Shown here: positions 17,978 to 33,196 of the stretch, piece after piece
Layout of the letters: the number at the start of each line of letters is the position of its first letter
Position numbering within the stretch: position 1 is the stretch's first letter
NCBI GenBank assembly: GCA_963803435.1
Contig: CAWDML010000009.1
Location: 1-64,000 of the forward strand
Length of the DNA stretch: 64,000 bases
DNA from: an uncultured delta proteobacterium
GTDB taxonomy: Bacteria; Myxococcota; Kuafuiibacteriia; Kuafuiibacteriales; Kuafuiibacteriaceae
Reading direction: 5' to 3'
Notes under the pieces: generated by a model
The model's database searches: none
What the model was told of the DNA's origin: nothing
What the model saw: only the letters and a program-made list of their open reading frames with translations
Translations under genes and position numbers: made by a program

Positions 17978-19261
17978 TCACCCCGCTTGCACGATGGGGT
18001 TGGGAAGGATCCCCGTCTGGAAGTCCTCGATCAGCACGCTCCCGAGGTCGATCATGTTGATGAGCGTCGAAAACGAAAGAAACGCCGCCAGGTGGCGGAT
18101 GTTCTTCGCCCAGCGCGGCATGTGGATCGGGGACGCGATCGTGCCGCGCTCGAACGCCTCCTCGAACCGCACCACGTCCCCCAACGTCAGCCTCCCGACG
18201 AACAGGCGGCGCACCAGCTCGGGCCTTCGGTCGGCGATCGCGCGGCGGAGGAATGTGTGCATCTCCATCAGCCCACGGAGGTAGACGACGTCCTTGGTGA
18301 AGACGTACTTCCCGCGTACGTCGCCGCCGCGGAAGATTCGCATGGCCGTGTGTACGGCCTCCGCGGGTGGCTCGCCGACGTCGACGAGCCATCGGTACAG
18401 ATCGATGAAGTCCGCGCCCTGTTCGGCGAGGCGGATCGCTCGGACGCGGAGCGCCAATCGTCGGAGTCGGGCCAGGTCGATCGCGCCGGTCACCAGCTCG
18501 GCGAAGGTGGCCAGGCCCTCCTGGTGCGCTGTGGTCCGGGGCGAGCCGAGGCTGAGCGCTGTCAACACGGGTTGCGCGCGGCCGTTGATGGCGGTCAGCG
18601 TGTGCACCATCAGCTCGTGCTCGATCAGCTGCTGGACGTCGGGCTCGGAGAAGGAGACGTCGCCGCGGAGGCGGATGCGGGAGGCGGAGGCGGCGGCCTT
18701 GGCGCTGAGCTTCGGGTCGATCACGACCTCGACGGTGTCGGGGCCGACCAGCACGCGGGCGCACTCGGCGCGGAGCGTCTCCATCGCGGACGAGGGCGTG
18801 ATGTAGTAGTCGGCGGCGTCTTCGCGGGTGGCGGCGGTGAGGGCGGAGGTGGCGTCTAGGAGGCGGTCGGCGGCTTCGAGGTGGGTGAACGACGCGCCCG
18901 GGACCTTGGCCTCGGGGCCGCCGTAGACCTCGCGGGAGATCGCGTGGGCGGTGGGGGTACCGGCGTTGCTCACGAGCTCGGCGATGCGGCGGTAGGAGAA
19001 GGCCGTGTCGGCGATGAAGCGCTGGAGCGGGTCGTGGCGGTCGCACTGCTTGAAGATCGCGCGCAGGCTGGCGAGCGTCTCGGGCGGGACCGGGGTCGGC
19101 GGAGGGACGTTGGGGAGCTTCGGTTGGCCGCGCTTGACGGAGTCGAGGAACTCGGTCGCGGCGGACTCGGGCCAGCTCAGGGCGCTGAGGACCTTGATGC
19201 TCTTGGCGACCTCGACCAGCGCTCTGTCGACAGCGATGAGCCTGGTGTGATCGGCGAGCAT
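17978..19261 (-). CDS. DUF1704 / QEGLA-motif metallo-carboxypeptidase family
   Basis: HELMVH, HQEGLATFAE, FTKDVVYLRG. Confidence 0.85.
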   Translation of the reverse strand: MLADHTRLIAVDRALVEVAKSIKVLSALSWPESAATEFLDSVKRGQPKLPNVPPPTPVPPETLASLRAIFKQCDRHDPLQRFIADTAFSYRRIAELVSNAGTPTAHAISREVYGGPEAKVPGASFTHLEAADRLLDATSALTAATREDAADYYITPSSAMETLRAECARVLVGPDTVEVVIDPKLSAKAAASASRIRLRGDVSFSEPDVQQLIEHELMVHTLTAINGRAQPVLTALSLGSPRTTAHQEGLATFAELVTGAIDLARLRRLALRVRAIRLAEQGADFIDLYRWLVDVGEPPAEAVHTAMRIFRGGDVRGKYVFTKDVVYLRGLMEMHTFLRRAIADRRPELVRRLFVGRLTLGDVVRFEEAFERGTIASPIHMPRWAKNIRHLAAFLSFSTLINMIDLGSVLIEDFQTGILPNPIVQAG

Positions 19262-19311
19262 TCTCGAGCGCTCATTCTGCAAGAATCCGCGCGAGGAGGG
19301 AAGGGACGCCC

Positions 19312-19896
19312 TCAGAGGGCGGGGGCACGGGCGATCAGCTCGGCGGTGGCGTGGGCGTGACCGTGCTCGCGGGTGGCGCCTTCGCGGTGGAGGAGGAGCT
19401 CGAATCCCCAATCGGCGACGGTTCTTGCCAGCTCTCCCGGATCGAGGAGGAAGCGGTGCTCGGCCTGATCCTCCGCGCTTTTCACGTGGATCGCGGCGAC
19501 GAACAGGCCGCCGGGTCGGAGCGCGGAACGGATGGGGTCGAAGAGCGTGCGCTCGAGGAAGTAGAAGTCGGTGACCAGATCGTACGCGCGGGGCGCGAGC
19601 GCGACGCCGCCGGTGAGGTCGACCACCGCCGTCTCGATTCGATGCGCGAGCCCGCGGCGCGCAGCTTCGGCGTCGAGGAGCGCGATACCCGTCTCGGCGT
19701 AGTCGAGGGCTGTGACCTGGAAGCCATGCTCGGCGAGGAGGAGCGCGTGTCGTCCGGCGCCGCATGCGAGATCGAGCGCCCGGCCGGGCTCGCGCACGTG
19801 GCCGAGCGCCTCCGGGAGCGGGGGCGAGGGGACGAAGTCGTGCGTGTCCTCGCCGCCCGCGTAACGGGCGCTCCACTTGGCTCGTCTGTCGTCCAT
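19312..19896 (-). CDS. Class I SAM-dependent methyltransferase (TehB-like)
   Basis: ALDLACGAGRHA, VTALD, LRPGG. Confidence 0.85.
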   Translation of the reverse strand: MDDRRAKWSARYAGGEDTHDFVPSPPLPEALGHVREPGRALDLACGAGRHALLLAEHGFQVTALDYAETGIALLDAEAARRGLAHRIETAVVDLTGGVALAPRAYDLVTDFYFLERTLFDPIRSALRPGGLFVAAIHVKSAEDQAEHRFLLDPGELARTVADWGFELLLHREGATREHGHAHATAELIARAPAL

Positions 19897-19948
19897 CGGG
19901 TCAGTCGGTGCGTGTGAGGTTATCCGGCTTGTGCTGCTTGGACCAGAG

Positions 19949-24594
<4,646 letters not shown>

Positions 24595-24596
24595 CG

Positions 24597-25157
24597 CTAG
24601 ATCTCGACCTCCGCCGGCGACACCACCATTCCGGTGCTGCCGTCCTGTACCTTCGGCAGGCGCACCTCTTCCACGCGCCAGCCGCGATGCTTCAGCGTGC
24701 CGCTAAAGGGCGGACGGCCGACGACGTTGCCGACCAGCCGGATCTCCGCCGGATCGTAGCCCTCCGGCACGGTGATCATCTCCTCTTCGTCCTCCTTGCG
24801 CACCGGGACCAGCTTGAAGTGATCCGCCAGCGCCTTCTTGCAGCCGCGGTGCACTTCACGGACCGCGGCGCCGATGTCGTCGTCGCTGTAGGTGTCGATG
24901 TTCTCGGAGAGGAAGTCGAGCAGCCGGCCCTCCGACTGCAGGATCGCCAGGGCCGCGACGGCGTTTGCCTCCGGCGAGGGCCCCACCGGCGGGGGCGGCC
25001 GCTCCTCGATCGTCTTCTTGGTCTCGGGTGTCGGCTCGGGGGTCGGCTCGGGCTTTGGCGGCGCGAGCTGCAACAGATCGGCGGGCAGCATCTCCAGCGG
25101 GAGGGGCCGTCCGAAGAGAATGTAGAAGAAGACCCGAAGGGCCAGGATCGGGTGCAT
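24597..25157 (-). CDS. DUF2760 domain protein
   Basis: LQSEGRLLDFLSENI...IGAAVREVHRGC...IRLVGNVVGRPPFSGTLKHRGW. Confidence 0.8.
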   Translation of the reverse strand: MHPILALRVFFYILFGRPLPLEMLPADLLQLAPPKPEPTPEPTPETKKTIEERPPPPVGPSPEANAVAALAILQSEGRLLDFLSENIDTYSDDDIGAAVREVHRGCKKALADHFKLVPVRKEDEEEMITVPEGYDPAEIRLVGNVVGRPPFSGTLKHRGWRVEEVRLPKVQDGSTGMVVSPAEVEI

Positions 25158-25190
25158 GCCCGCGGAGTTACGAGGCCGCCTCCCGGGTTG

Positions 25191-28013
25191 TCAACGCTTG
25201 CTTTCCGGCACGCCCAGCGCGAGCCGGCTGTCCCAGCCGCCGTAGAGCACGTAGCCGCCGGGCGATTGGACCACCACCTCCGGGTAGAAGGGCGGGCGCT
25301 CGGCGTCGAGGCCTTCGGCGGCGAAGAATCGGACGGTCAGGCCGTTGCTGAGCATGGCGGCGTAGGGCCGGTGGGCGGGGTCGCCGCGGCCGGCTGTGGC
25401 GTCGGGCAACACCGCGCGCGGGTAGCCTTCCCGGATGTAGCCGATGCCGATCGCGGTGACCTGGTCTGCGGCGATCTCGCGCAGCGCCTGCTCGCGCTTG
25501 ATCAGGAGGGAGGGCTCCGCCATCGGATCGGGCTCGATCGGATCGATCGACCAGAACTGCAGCGCGAGGCGCTCGATGCCGCCGAGGTCGACGGTGGTGC
25601 CGCGGCCCGCGAACACGACGCGGTCGGGGCAGGTGACGAGCAACGACGAGTATTCGGCGGTAGGCGAGCCGAAGAAGCGCTCCACGCGATCTCCGGTGAC
25701 GCGGAAGATCAGCTGGTTCGCGCCGGCCACCCACGCGACGCCGTTCTTGCCCGCGATGTCGCGCCAGGCGTCGAGTCTTCGCGGGTTGCCGGTGCAGCCG
25801 TCGGGCCCGAGCTCGGGGCGCGCCTCGACCTCGTCGGTGTCGGGGTCGTCGAAGTCGATCGCGAGCTCGGTGACCTGGTCGCCGACCACGCGGAGCAGCC
25901 GGGTGCCCTCGAGGCCCACGACGAACTGGCCGGCGGCCGCCTCGCCGATCCGGACCGCGCCCAGGTTGTCCACGCTGGCCGGAGGCTCGAGCTTGGTACC
26001 GCGCACGATCTCGGTGTCGCTGATGACCGTGCGCAGGAGCAGCGTGTCGCCGGCCCGCTCGCCCGCGATCATCACGACCGGCATTCCGGACGCCGCGGTC
26101 TCCTCGGAGTCGACGACGGCGTCGCGCAGGTCGTCGCCGGCGGCCAGCACGCCGGTCGGATCGGCCAGGATGCGCAGGTCGACCGCCGGGAAATCGCCGC
26201 CGCTCTGCATCACGCGTGCGCGCAGGATGCCTTGCGGGTTGCCGAAGACCAGGAAGTCGCCCTCACCGATGGCGACGGCGCTCCGATAGGACGCCAGCGC
26301 GCGATCGGGCCCGCCGTAGATCTGCGTGAGCTCCGAGGTGTCCGGCTCCCGCAGGTAGGCCTGGCTCTCGTTGCTCTCGAGGAGCGTGTAGCCGTCCAGC
26401 ATCATGTCGTCGATCCAGGTGAGCCCGGGGACGTTGCCGTACTGGGCGCCGATGTTGGTCTCCTGGACCACGTCGCCGTTGCCGTCGAAGTCGACCAACA
26501 CCTGCCCCGAGAGGCGCAGCCGCGTCTGCTCGGGGTGGCCGGGGACACGCATGAAGTCGCGGCAGCGCGATCCGTCCCCGCCGCGATAGACCATCTCCCA
26601 CTCCGGATCGACGACGGCGCCGGCGCTGGCGGTGACGGTCGCAGAGAGCACGACCGCGTAGTCCGGCGTGCAGGCGGCGGTCTCGGAGTGGCCGCAGACC
26701 AGGATCCGGTTGCCGGCGTGACCGACGGAGGCGAACTCGCGCGTCTTGACGGTGCCGCCGCCTCGCATCGGCCAGGTCCGCGAGGTGTTCTGCCAGCAGC
26801 GCCAGGTGTCGGCGGGGCTGGGGTTCGGCAGGGGCGGCGCGTTTGGATCCTTGTAGTAGAACGCGTGATCGGCCAGGCCGAAGCCGGCGCCGTTGGGGAG
26901 GATGTCCAGGTCGAGCACGAAGGCGAGGCTGCGCTGATCGGGGCAGCTGGTGAGACCGACCTGCTGGCAGGCGAGCGTGCGGTCCGTGCACGCGAAGACC
27001 GCCGGCTCGAAGGAGCCGACGTTCCCGCGCACGTGGCCGATCAGATAGAGGGGGAGATCCGGGTGGTCGCCCAGGTACTTCATGCGTTCGGGCGCGGCCA
27101 GGTGCTGGCTCGTGATCAGCTCGGGACCCACGAGCTGGCCGTTGTCCACCAGGAAGCGATCGAAGCGAAAGGTGTCGTAGTAGCCGGTGTTGAACTCCTC
27201 GCTCGCGACCACGAAGCCGGTGCCGTCACGGAGCGCGATCGCGTGCTGCACCGTCACCGGCCAGTCCCGGATCGGGAGCATGGAGGTCACCTGTGCGACC
27301 GGATCCCAGAGCGTCGCGATGTTGCGGGAGAAGCCGGCGATGCGTCCCTGATCGTCCTGGGCGTACACGTTGATCGGCTCGGGAGCGGCCACGGGAGAGA
27401 TGGGACGGATCTCCATCTCGGCGAGCGAGGGCACCGGATCGTCGCCGGTGCAGGCGCAGGGGCCTGGCCAGTCGAGGAAGATCTGGCGGCGCACCTCCTC
27501 GATGAGCTGCTGATCGGACTCCGGGCCCGCCGAGCAGATCGTGCTGTCGGAGGCGCCGCTGCAGACGAAGCCCCCCTCGCTCGGCTGCCAGATTGCGCCG
27601 CGCACGAAGGGCGGGACGCGACACGCGTCGCCCTCGTTCACCACTTGGGGCGTGTCCCGGGCGGGCGCCAGGCATCGCCCGCAGGATCCGGTGGCGCCGC
27701 TCTTGTCGATCGGTGTGCCCTCGACGCGGGAGGTGAGGCCGGCCAGCGTGGTGAGGGGCACCGGCTCGCCGGTGGGGAGCACGAAGTCGCCGGGCGCGAG
27801 GATCCACGTGTAGATGGGCACGCCGTCGTCGGCGGTGAGCTCGAGCGAGTCGGCGCTCTCGAAGGGACGGATGTCGATCGCGAACCGACCATCGACGCGC
27901 CGCCCGATCACCGCCACGTCGTCGGGCCCGTAGGTCAGCGGGATCTTCACGGTGTGGTCGCCGCAGCCGAGGGCGAGGAGGATCGGGGCGAGCAGGGCAG
28001 CGCGGGCAGACAC
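25191..28013 (-). CDS. Large hypothetical lipoprotein (Cys-containing, probably beta-rich)
   Basis: 940 aa, lipobox LALG-C, coding-like composition. Confidence 0.75.
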   Translation of the reverse strand: MSARAALLAPILLALGCGDHTVKIPLTYGPDDVAVIGRRVDGRFAIDIRPFESADSLELTADDGVPIYTWILAPGDFVLPTGEPVPLTTLAGLTSRVEGTPIDKSGATGSCGRCLAPARDTPQVVNEGDACRVPPFVRGAIWQPSEGGFVCSGASDSTICSAGPESDQQLIEEVRRQIFLDWPGPCACTGDDPVPSLAEMEIRPISPVAAPEPINVYAQDDQGRIAGFSRNIATLWDPVAQVTSMLPIRDWPVTVQHAIALRDGTGFVVASEEFNTGYYDTFRFDRFLVDNGQLVGPELITSQHLAAPERMKYLGDHPDLPLYLIGHVRGNVGSFEPAVFACTDRTLACQQVGLTSCPDQRSLAFVLDLDILPNGAGFGLADHAFYYKDPNAPPLPNPSPADTWRCWQNTSRTWPMRGGGTVKTREFASVGHAGNRILVCGHSETAACTPDYAVVLSATVTASAGAVVDPEWEMVYRGGDGSRCRDFMRVPGHPEQTRLRLSGQVLVDFDGNGDVVQETNIGAQYGNVPGLTWIDDMMLDGYTLLESNESQAYLREPDTSELTQIYGGPDRALASYRSAVAIGEGDFLVFGNPQGILRARVMQSGGDFPAVDLRILADPTGVLAAGDDLRDAVVDSEETAASGMPVVMIAGERAGDTLLLRTVISDTEIVRGTKLEPPASVDNLGAVRIGEAAAGQFVVGLEGTRLLRVVGDQVTELAIDFDDPDTDEVEARPELGPDGCTGNPRRLDAWRDIAGKNGVAWVAGANQLIFRVTGDRVERFFGSPTAEYSSLLVTCPDRVVFAGRGTTVDLGGIERLALQFWSIDPIEPDPMAEPSLLIKREQALREIAADQVTAIGIGYIREGYPRAVLPDATAGRGDPAHRPYAAMLSNGLTVRFFAAEGLDAERPPFYPEVVVQSPGGYVLYGGWDSRLALGVPESKR

Positions 28014-28101
28014 CGAAGGAGAGGATACTCGGCCTTCGACCGCGCTTCAGTGATCGAGTCACGTATCCGTTCCCCCTACATCTTGTTATGGTCGACCGCG
28101 C

Positions 28102-28488
28102 GTGAGGGCGAGGACGATCGGGCTGTTCGGTCCACCGATCCTGTGGTGCGCTGTCATCTTCTTTCTCTCCAGTCAGTCGGAGCTTCCGGCGACGCCGGGC
28201 GGCGACAAGGCCGCGCATCTGGTCGCCTATGGGATCATGGGCGTGCTGTTCGCGCGCGCGTTCTGGCAGGGCACCCGGCTGGGGGCGCCCGCGGTGTTCG
28301 TGGGGGCCGCGCTGATCTCGATCGTGTACGGCGCCAGCGACGAGCTCCACCAGTCCTTCGTGCCCGGACGCGACGCCTCGCTGGCGGATCTGGCTGCGGA
28401 CGCGATCGGTGCGGGTCTGGGCGCCTTCGCGCTCTATCTCGTCGCTCGGTTCACAACGTGGGTGCGCCGTGATACCGGCGGCCCATGA
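28102..28488 (+). CDS. VanZ family membrane protein
   Basis: DKAAHLVAYG...YGASDELHQSFVPGRDAS...DLAAD. Confidence 0.9.
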   Translation: MRARTIGLFGPPILWCAVIFFLSSQSELPATPGGDKAAHLVAYGIMGVLFARAFWQGTRLGAPAVFVGAALISIVYGASDELHQSFVPGRDASLADLAADAIGAGLGAFALYLVARFTTWVRRDTGGP

Positions 28489-30665
28489 TCCGCACGACCG
28501 CGATCCCGCTCGTCTTCCTGATCGCTTGCTCGGGAGCAAACAAGGAGCTGGCCGAGGAGAAAGAGATGCCGCCGCCGACAGCGATGAAGCCGGAGCAGCC
28601 TGAGGCGAACACCGGCGAGACCCGTCGCGAGGTCGTCACCGAGGAGCTTTTCGGTCATCCGATCCGGGATCCGTACCGCTGGCTCGAGGACGCGAGCCAG
28701 GACGAAGTGAAGACGTGGATGACCGACGAGAACGCCAAGGCGCGGAAGTACCTCGACGGTCTGCCGGAGCGGGAGGCGCTGGCAGCGCGGCTCAAGGAGC
28801 TCATCTACGTGGAGGCGCGGGGCGCGCCGGTCGAGCGCGGCGGCCGCCTCTTCTACTGGAAGAAGGGCGCGGACCAGGAGAAGGCGGTGCACTTCGTCAA
28901 GCTGCCCAAGCAGACGGAGAAGGTGCTCCTCGATCCGAACGAGATGAGCACCGACGGCTCCGTCAGCATCGGCGACGTCGTCCCGAGCCACGACGGCAAG
29001 CTGGTGGCGTACATGCTCAAGGCGAACAACGCCGACGAGTCCGACCTCCACGTGATGGAGACCGACAGCAAAAAGGAGATCGATCTGCTCCCCGGGCTCC
29101 GCTACACCACGCCCTCCTGGACGCCCGACGGCAAAGGCTTCTTCTACACCTGGATCCCGAAGGACTCGACCATCGCCGAGACCGATCGCATGGGCTACGC
29201 CGAGATCCGCTACCACCGGATCGGTGACGACGTGGCCAAGGACGAGGTGTTCCGGGAGAAGACGGGCGATCCGCGGAAGTGGCAGGGCGCCAACGTCAGC
29301 GAGGACGGGAAGTATCTGTTCGCCACGATCGCGTACGGCTGGTCCGAGATGGACGTCTACGTGATGAGCCTGAAGGACAAGGCGCGGACGTGGCTGCCGC
29401 TGGCGGTCGGTACCAAGGCGACCTATTCGGTCGACGAGTACAAGGACGTCTTCTACGTCGCCACCGACGACGAGGCCCCGAAGAAGCGCGTCTTCTCGGT
29501 GAACCCGAAGAAGCTGGAGCGGAAGGACTGGAAGCTCATCATCCCCGAGGATCCGAACGCGGTGATCAACGAGATCGCGATCGTGGGGAAGAAGCTGGCG
29601 ATCCTGTACCTCGAGAACGCCTCCTCCAAGCTCGAGGTGTTCGAGCTGTCAGGGAAGAAGGTCCGCACTGTCCCGCTGCCGGAGATCGGGACGGCGACCA
29701 CGCTGATCGGCCGTCAGGAGAGCGACACCGCCTACTTCCTCTTCTCCTCGTACACGATCCCCTGGGAGGTCCACGAGACCTCCGTGAAGACCGGCAAGAC
29801 CTCGCTGTTCGCGAAGCCCGACGTGCCGATCGATCCCAGCGGGCTCGAGGTGAAGCAGGTCTGGTATCCCTCGAAGGACGGCACGAAGATCTCGATGTTC
29901 ATCGTCGCCAAAAAGGGGCTCCCGCTCGACGGCGACAACCCCACGCTGCTCTACGGGTACGGCGGCTTCAACATCTCGCTCACGCCCGGCTTCAACCCGA
30001 TGCTGATCCCGTGGCTCGAGCGGGGCGGGGTCTACGCGGTGCCCAACCTACGGGGCGGCGGCGAGTACGGGGAGGCCTGGCATCAGGCGGGGATGGGGAA
30101 GAACAAGCAGAACGTGTTCGACGACTTCATCGCGGCCGCCGAGTTCCTGATCCACGAGAAGTACACGAGCCGGCCGCACCTCGCGATCGAGGGACGCTCG
30201 AACGGCGGGCTGCTGGTGGGCGCCGCGATCACGCAGCGTCCGGATCTCTATGCGGCCGTGATCTGCGGTGTGCCGCTCCTCGACATGGTGCGCTACCACC
30301 TGGTGGGCATCGGCAAGGCGTGGATCCCGGAGTACGGGAGCCCTGAGGTGAAGGAGGAGCTCGAGACGCTCCTCGCTTACTCGCCCTATCACCACGTGAA
30401 GGAGGGCACCGAGTATCCGGCGCTGCTGATGCTCTCGGCCGACAGCGACGATCGCGTGGACCCGATGCACGCGCGGAAGTTTCACGCAGCGATCGGACAT
30501 GCGTCGAGAAGCGGCCAGCCGAACCTGCTGCGGATCGAGATGCACTCCGGGCACGGCGGCGCCGATCTGCGGCGCTCGTTCCTCGATCAGTCGGTCGACG
30601 AGCTGTCGTTCCTCCTCTCCGAGACCCAGAAGCCGGCGCAGGGCGGGGCACAGGCGAGGCGGTGA
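28485..30665 (+). CDS. Prolyl oligopeptidase (S9A), lipoprotein
   Basis: [36 protein letters not shown]; lipobox LIAC. Confidence 0.95.
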   Translation: MIRTTAIPLVFLIACSGANKELAEEKEMPPPTAMKPEQPEANTGETRREVVTEELFGHPIRDPYRWLEDASQDEVKTWMTDENAKARKYLDGLPEREALAARLKELIYVEARGAPVERGGRLFYWKKGADQEKAVHFVKLPKQTEKVLLDPNEMSTDGSVSIGDVVPSHDGKLVAYMLKANNADESDLHVMETDSKKEIDLLPGLRYTTPSWTPDGKGFFYTWIPKDSTIAETDRMGYAEIRYHRIGDDVAKDEVFREKTGDPRKWQGANVSEDGKYLFATIAYGWSEMDVYVMSLKDKARTWLPLAVGTKATYSVDEYKDVFYVATDDEAPKKRVFSVNPKKLERKDWKLIIPEDPNAVINEIAIVGKKLAILYLENASSKLEVFELSGKKVRTVPLPEIGTATTLIGRQESDTAYFLFSSYTIPWEVHETSVKTGKTSLFAKPDVPIDPSGLEVKQVWYPSKDGTKISMFIVAKKGLPLDGDNPTLLYGYGGFNISLTPGFNPMLIPWLERGGVYAVPNLRGGGEYGEAWHQAGMGKNKQNVFDDFIAAAEFLIHEKYTSRPHLAIEGRSNGGLLVGAAITQRPDLYAAVICGVPLLDMVRYHLVGIGKAWIPEYGSPEVKEELETLLAYSPYHHVKEGTEYPALLMLSADSDDRVDPMHARKFHAAIGHASRSGQPNLLRIEMHSGHGGADLRRSFLDQSVDELSFLLSETQKPAQGGAQARR

Positions 30666-31648
30666 GCGAGCTCGACCACTGGCATCCGGTGGCACTCTCG
30701 GAGGCGCTGGGCGCCGGGCCGACGGCGGTCGAGCTGGTGGGCCAGCCGATCGTCCTCTTTCGCACCCGCTGGGGTGAGGTGGGTGCGCTGTTCGATCGCT
30801 GCCCGCACCGCGGGATGCAGCTCTCCAAGGGCTGGGTCGAGGAGGCCCGGCTGGTCTGTCCCTACCACGGGTGGTCGTACGACGTGCGCGGGCTCGGTGC
30901 CTCGCCCGCCACGCCGTCGGTGAAGGTCTGCGCCGAGCACTTCGAGGCGAAGGAGCGGCTGGGCGCGATCTGGATCCGACGAGCTGGCGCGGCCACCGCC
31001 TTCCCGGAGATCGAGCGCGCCGGGTTCGATCACATGGCGACGATGATCCACCGCGTGAACCGCCCGCTGGAGCTCGTGCTCGACAACTTCGTCGAGGTCG
31101 AGCACACCGCGACGACCCACTGGCTGCTCGGCTACGCGCGGGAGGCGATCGCAGAGGTCACCACCCGGGTCGAAGCCACGGAGAGCTCGGTGCGCGTCTT
31201 CAACCGCGGGCCGCAGAAGAAGGTGCCCAAGCTGTTGATGAAGATCTTCGACATCCACGAGGGCGATCACTTCATCGACGACTGGACCACGTACTTCTCG
31301 CCGATCCACACCGTATATCGACAGTACTGGATCGACGGGAAGACCGAAGCCCAGCGGCGCGACGTGCTGTTGACGGCGGCGTTCTTCGTCCCGCGTCGCG
31401 AGCACGTCACGGACATCGTGACCTTCATCTTCGCGAACGAGGCCAAGCGGCCGCTGCCGCCGCGGCTGGTCAAACCGGTGGTGCGGTACATCGCGGATCA
31501 GGAGATCGAGCGCGACCGGCGGATGATCGAGCAGCTCGCGCCGGAGGTGGGCGCGAGCCTCGACGGCCTGAAGCTGGGGCGATTCGACGCAGTGCTGCGG
31601 CAGAATCGCCAGCGGATCGATCGGATCTATCGGGCAAGGAGCGTGTAG
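30662..31648 (+). CDS. Rieske non-heme iron oxygenase alpha subunit
   Basis: CPHRG...CPYHGW and DNFVEVEHTATTH; the stop codon is supplied by the inserted element. Confidence 0.9.
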   Translation: MSELDHWHPVALSEALGAGPTAVELVGQPIVLFRTRWGEVGALFDRCPHRGMQLSKGWVEEARLVCPYHGWSYDVRGLGASPATPSVKVCAEHFEAKERLGAIWIRRAGAATAFPEIERAGFDHMATMIHRVNRPLELVLDNFVEVEHTATTHWLLGYAREAIAEVTTRVEATESSVRVFNRGPQKKVPKLLMKIFDIHEGDHFIDDWTTYFSPIHTVYRQYWIDGKTEAQRRDVLLTAAFFVPRREHVTDIVTFIFANEAKRPLPPRLVKPVVRYIADQEIERDRRMIEQLAPEVGASLDGLKLGRFDAVLRQNRQRIDRIYRARSV

Positions 31649-31730
31649 CGCGTAAGCGCTCACGCGACCCCGGTGCGGGTCCGGGTCCCGGTCCCGGTCC
31701 GGGTCCCGATCTGAAGATGGCTGCCTTGAG

Positions 31731-32114
31731 TCAGACGCTCGCGACGGTCGCGAGCTTCGATCGGTAGAGCTTGAGCAGGTTGTGGGTGAGGCAGACGAGC
31801 GTCCCCTCGGCTCGTACCTTGAAGAAGGAGCGTAGCGAGAACCGGCGGAATCCTCGTGCCCCTTTGATCTGTCCGAGCGCCGGTTCGACGATACTCTTCC
31901 TGCGGGCAAGCAGCGCGATCATCATTCGAGGCGAGTACGGTCGCTCGCCTCGCGGGTCCTTGGACTGGATCGAGATCTCGATCGCGCTCAGCTCTACCCC
32001 ATCGACGACGTCCAAGACGAAGTACGCGAGATGATTTTCTGGGAGCCACTCGAGAGGGGACGGCGGGAGCAAGAACGATTGTCTCGGAGTCCAAGAACGG
32101 TATTGCTTCGCCAC
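31731..32114 (-). pseudogene. IS1182 transposase, internally deleted (N-terminus fused to C-terminus)
   Basis: QSFLLPPSPLEWLPENHLAYFV...YSPRMMIALL joined to RRKSIVEPALGQIKGARGFRRFSLR...HNLLKL. Confidence 0.88.
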
Positions 32115-32233
32115 GAAACCATGGGATCAAGTCCAGGCGTCGAAGTCGATCCGCCCAACGATCGATTCCAGACGAAACGACCTCCAAGAACTTCTGCTGG
32201 TCAAAGTGGACGAGCTACCGCAAGCTAGCTTGC

Positions 32234-32602
32234 ATGGTCACTTTCGATCACGAGAAGCTCGAGGTCTACCAGCTCGCCGTCGAGTATGCCGACATCGCTG
32301 AAGAGATCGCACAAGAACTGTAACCCGGTCACGCTCACGTCCGCGATCAGCTTCGGCGGGCATCCGATTCCATCGTGAACAACACCGCCGAGGGCGCCGG
32401 AGAGTTCAATCCACCTGAGAAGGCTCGCTTCTACCGGATGGCACTTCGCTCTGGCACCGAAAGCGCCGCCTCACTCCACACCTGCTTGAGGCGCCGACTC
32501 GCCAACGAGCAGAAGGTCCAAGCCGCCACAGCCAAGCTCAAGCGCGTTGTCGAGAGGCTCACGCGCCTCATCAAGTCGATGAACGCACGCCGGGCTGCAT
32601 GA
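32234..32602 (+). pseudogene. Four-helix-bundle protein (23S-IVS/Avd-like) with a premature TAA at codon 30
   Basis: FDHEKLEVYQ...DQLRRASDSIVNNTAEGAG...SGTE; TAA at 32321 where copy 2 has CAA. Confidence 0.88.
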
Positions 32603-32670
32603 TCGCCATCGGGACCGGACCGGACCGGGACCCGGACCGGGCTCGCGGTAGCGCTACGCGCTACACGCTC

Positions 32671-32985
32671 CTAGGTCCGACGTCGCTTCTCCGACTCGTG
32701 GATCGTCTGGAGGAGTCCCGTCGCCCGGAGGTAGAGCCCCTTGAAGCGGACCTCCTTTTTGTCGACCTTGGCCGACTCGTGGAGCGGGAACAGCTCGGCT
32801 CGCTCGCAACGGCGGGCGAAGTCCTCGTAGTCCTGGACGTTCTCGCGGACGTGGGCCAAGAGCAGCTCGGCCACCCGCTGCCCCTCGGTGGACAGGGAAG
32901 GGTCGTACCTCGCCGCCAGGCGCGCGTTGATTTGGTTCGCCCGAACGAAGGCTTGGGCGATCGGATCGGCCTCTAGGTCACCCAT
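32671..32985 (-). CDS. Hypothetical protein
   Basis: 104-aa ORF between tRNA-Val and the element end; its stop is in the target CTAG. Confidence 0.6.
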   Translation of the reverse strand: MGDLEADPIAQAFVRANQINARLAARYDPSLSTEGQRVAELLLAHVRENVQDYEDFARRCERAELFPLHESAKVDKKEVRFKGLYLRATGLLQTIHESEKRRRT

Positions 32986-32991
32986 ATCGTA

Positions 32992-33064
32992 TAGGCGGGA
33001 CAGGACTCGAACCTGCGGCCATCGCCGTGTAAAGGCGACGCTCTACCCACTGAGCTACCCGCCT
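32992..33064 (-). tRNA. tRNA-Val(TAC), CCA not encoded
   Basis: AGGCGGGTAGCTCAGTGGGTAGAGCGTCGCCTTTACACGGCGATGGCCGCAGGTTCGAGTCCTGTCCCGCCTA. Confidence 0.95.
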
Positions 33065-33196
33065 GCTGGCCGGTGTCCTACCACGGCGCCGACGCCCAGC
33101 GCCATGCCTCCGACGATCGACCGACAGTCGGTCGGCGGAGAGTTAGGTACGAAGCCAATGGGGCAGGGTGTTGCCCGACCCGACTTGGAGCTCTCG

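Larger units (their letters stand above)
31639..32670. mobile_element. IS1182-derived element with a four-helix-bundle gene, copy 1
   Basis: Long imperfect TIR GAGCGTGTAGCGCGTA...(GGTCCC)n; flanks CAAG and CTAG; near-identical shared segments with 37300-38563. Confidence 0.88.

Noticed and set aside
19262-19876. N-terminal extension of the DUF1704 ORF
   Set aside because: Arg/Pro-rich alternate frame over the methyltransferase gene
24687-28472. 1261-aa plus-strand ORF
   Set aside because: Antisense shadow of the 940-aa lipoprotein and DUF2760 genes in GC-rich DNA; no motifs
32888-33196. Kinase N-terminal extension across tRNA-Val
   Set aside because: Overlaps the tRNA; an RBS-supported start exists at 33197
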